The notes under the pieces: model-generated
What the model was told of the DNA's origin: nothing
Database searches by the model: none
What the model saw: only the letters and a program-made list of their open reading frames with translations
Shown here: positions 31,413 to 32,000 of the stretch, one piece after another
How the letters are laid out: the number at the start of each line of letters is the position of its first letter
Position numbering within the stretch: the stretch's first letter is position 1
Assembly: GCA_035390665.1 (NCBI GenBank)
Contig: DAOOUC010000003.1
Coordinates: 1 to 32,000 of the forward strand
From: an archaeon
GTDB taxonomy: Archaea; Iainarchaeota; Iainarchaeia; Iainarchaeales; CSSED10-239
Length of the DNA: 32,000 nt
Direction of reading: 5' to 3'
Translations under genes and position numbers: made by a program

Positions 31413-32000
31413 CTCGTTGAAGAAATTTATGTTCTTTCCAAGATATGATTTATCTGGGGAAAGTCCATCTTCTCCATACATGAACTGAATTACTTGTCCA
31501 TCAGCTGTTGTTACTTTTAGTTCATCATTGACTACAAGGTCTTTTAAAGCATTTGATAATCTTCTATAAAGATAACCAGATACTTTTGTAGCAACACCTG
31601 TATCGATTTCACCTTGTCTACCACCCATACAGTGACAGAAATATTCTCTTGGATTCATTCCATCAAAGAAATTACTTTGTACAAATCCATAATCCATCAT
31701 TTGATTTGTTCCTTTAGGACTTAAACTTAATAATCTATCAGAAAATCCAGCTTTTGGTCTTCCTGTTCTAACAGTAACTTGTCCCCAAAGTCCAAGCATA
31801 TTAGAAACATTTAGAACTCTTCCACGAGAACCACCAACACTAGCAAGTAGTATAGAATTATTATTTGTTTTCTTGGTTTCAGAAAATAATTCATCTACTT
31901 TTATTTCTAAAATCTTATCTGTAATCTTGTCTTTCATTTCTGCAGAGATTTTTAAAAGCTCATTTTCAAATGTTTCTTCAAGATTCTTTCCTGGAGTTAA
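31410..32000 (-). CDS. rpoA1: DNA-directed RNA polymerase subunit A', C-terminal ~196 aa; gene continues past the right edge of the window
   Basis: The frame is open from 32000 (LTPGKNLEETFENELLKISAEMKDK...). Conserved blocks SVGGSRG, GQVTVRTGRP, YGFVQSNFFDGMNPREYFCHCMGGRQGEIDTGVATKVSGYLYRRL and QFMYGEDG. The track ORF 31410..31937 is only the ATG-delimited part. Confidence 0.92.
   Translation of the reverse strand, partial: LTPGKNLEETFENELLKISAEMKDKITDKILEIKVDELFSETKKTNNNSILLASVGGSRGRVLNVSNMLGLWGQVTVRTGRPKAGFSDRLLSLSPKGTNQMMDYGFVQSNFFDGMNPREYFCHCMGGRQGEIDTGVATKVSGYLYRRLSNALKDLVVNDELKVTTADGQVIQFMYGEDGLSPDKSYLGKNINFFNE

Noticed and set aside
1-32000. Evidence for mobile elements, a prophage or a genomic island (integrase, transposase, terminal inverted repeats, abrupt compositional shift).
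   Set aside because: No ORF shows integrase, transposase or capsid motifs. Composition looks uniformly AT-rich across the window. The only repeats are the short GC-rich element family and intragenic tandem repeats.

Overview
Strongly AT-rich, gene-dense archaeal chromosome segment. It looks like a small-genome DPANN-type archaeon, but that lineage call is inference. Support for an archaeal origin: split RNA polymerase A'/A'' genes followed by L30e-S12-S7-aEF-2, an archaeal-type DtdA, and a Pilin_N/class III signal peptide. Purine-rich Shine-Dalgarno-like motifs precede several starts, and TAA, TAG and TGA all terminate confident genes, so the code is standard. I call about 32 protein genes (two run off the window edges, and one 23-aa sORF is absent from the ORF track) and one tRNA. 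No rRNA, CRISPR array, transposase or integrase is recognisable. Left to right: partial cation/proton antiporter; DAC-domain diadenylate cyclase plus a membrane partner; a 671-aa protein made of about 48 tandem 10-residue repeats; Sua5; GlmS; an 863-aa secreted Cys/Thr-rich protein; CorA; a SAM methyltransferase; an AsnB-like/Dph6 double PP-loop fusion; a Zn-PLC-like protein. Then comes a co-directional minus-strand block holding a full dCMP-to-dTMP/folate cycle (Tmk-like, GlyA, ThyA, FolA, kinase-dCMP deaminase fusion), followed by DtdA, a degenerate DXR-like protein, a pilin-signal/FGE-sulfatase protein and the translation/transcription cluster. Most worth a second look: (1) a tRNA-Arg(CCG) gene with about 155 nt of structured insertion between the anticodon stem and the T stem; (2) the decapeptide-repeat protein; (3) a GC-rich 27-29 nt repeat family that starts exactly on the TAG stop of corA and of rpoA'; (4) the nucleotide-metabolism operon with a kinase-deaminase fusion and a Tmk-like protein lacking the Walker-A lysine; (5) a DXR-fold protein with no catalytic motifs, preceded by a lysine-rich sORF and a clustered TTGTCCAA motif. 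All homology statements come from by-eye motif recognition; no database search was run.
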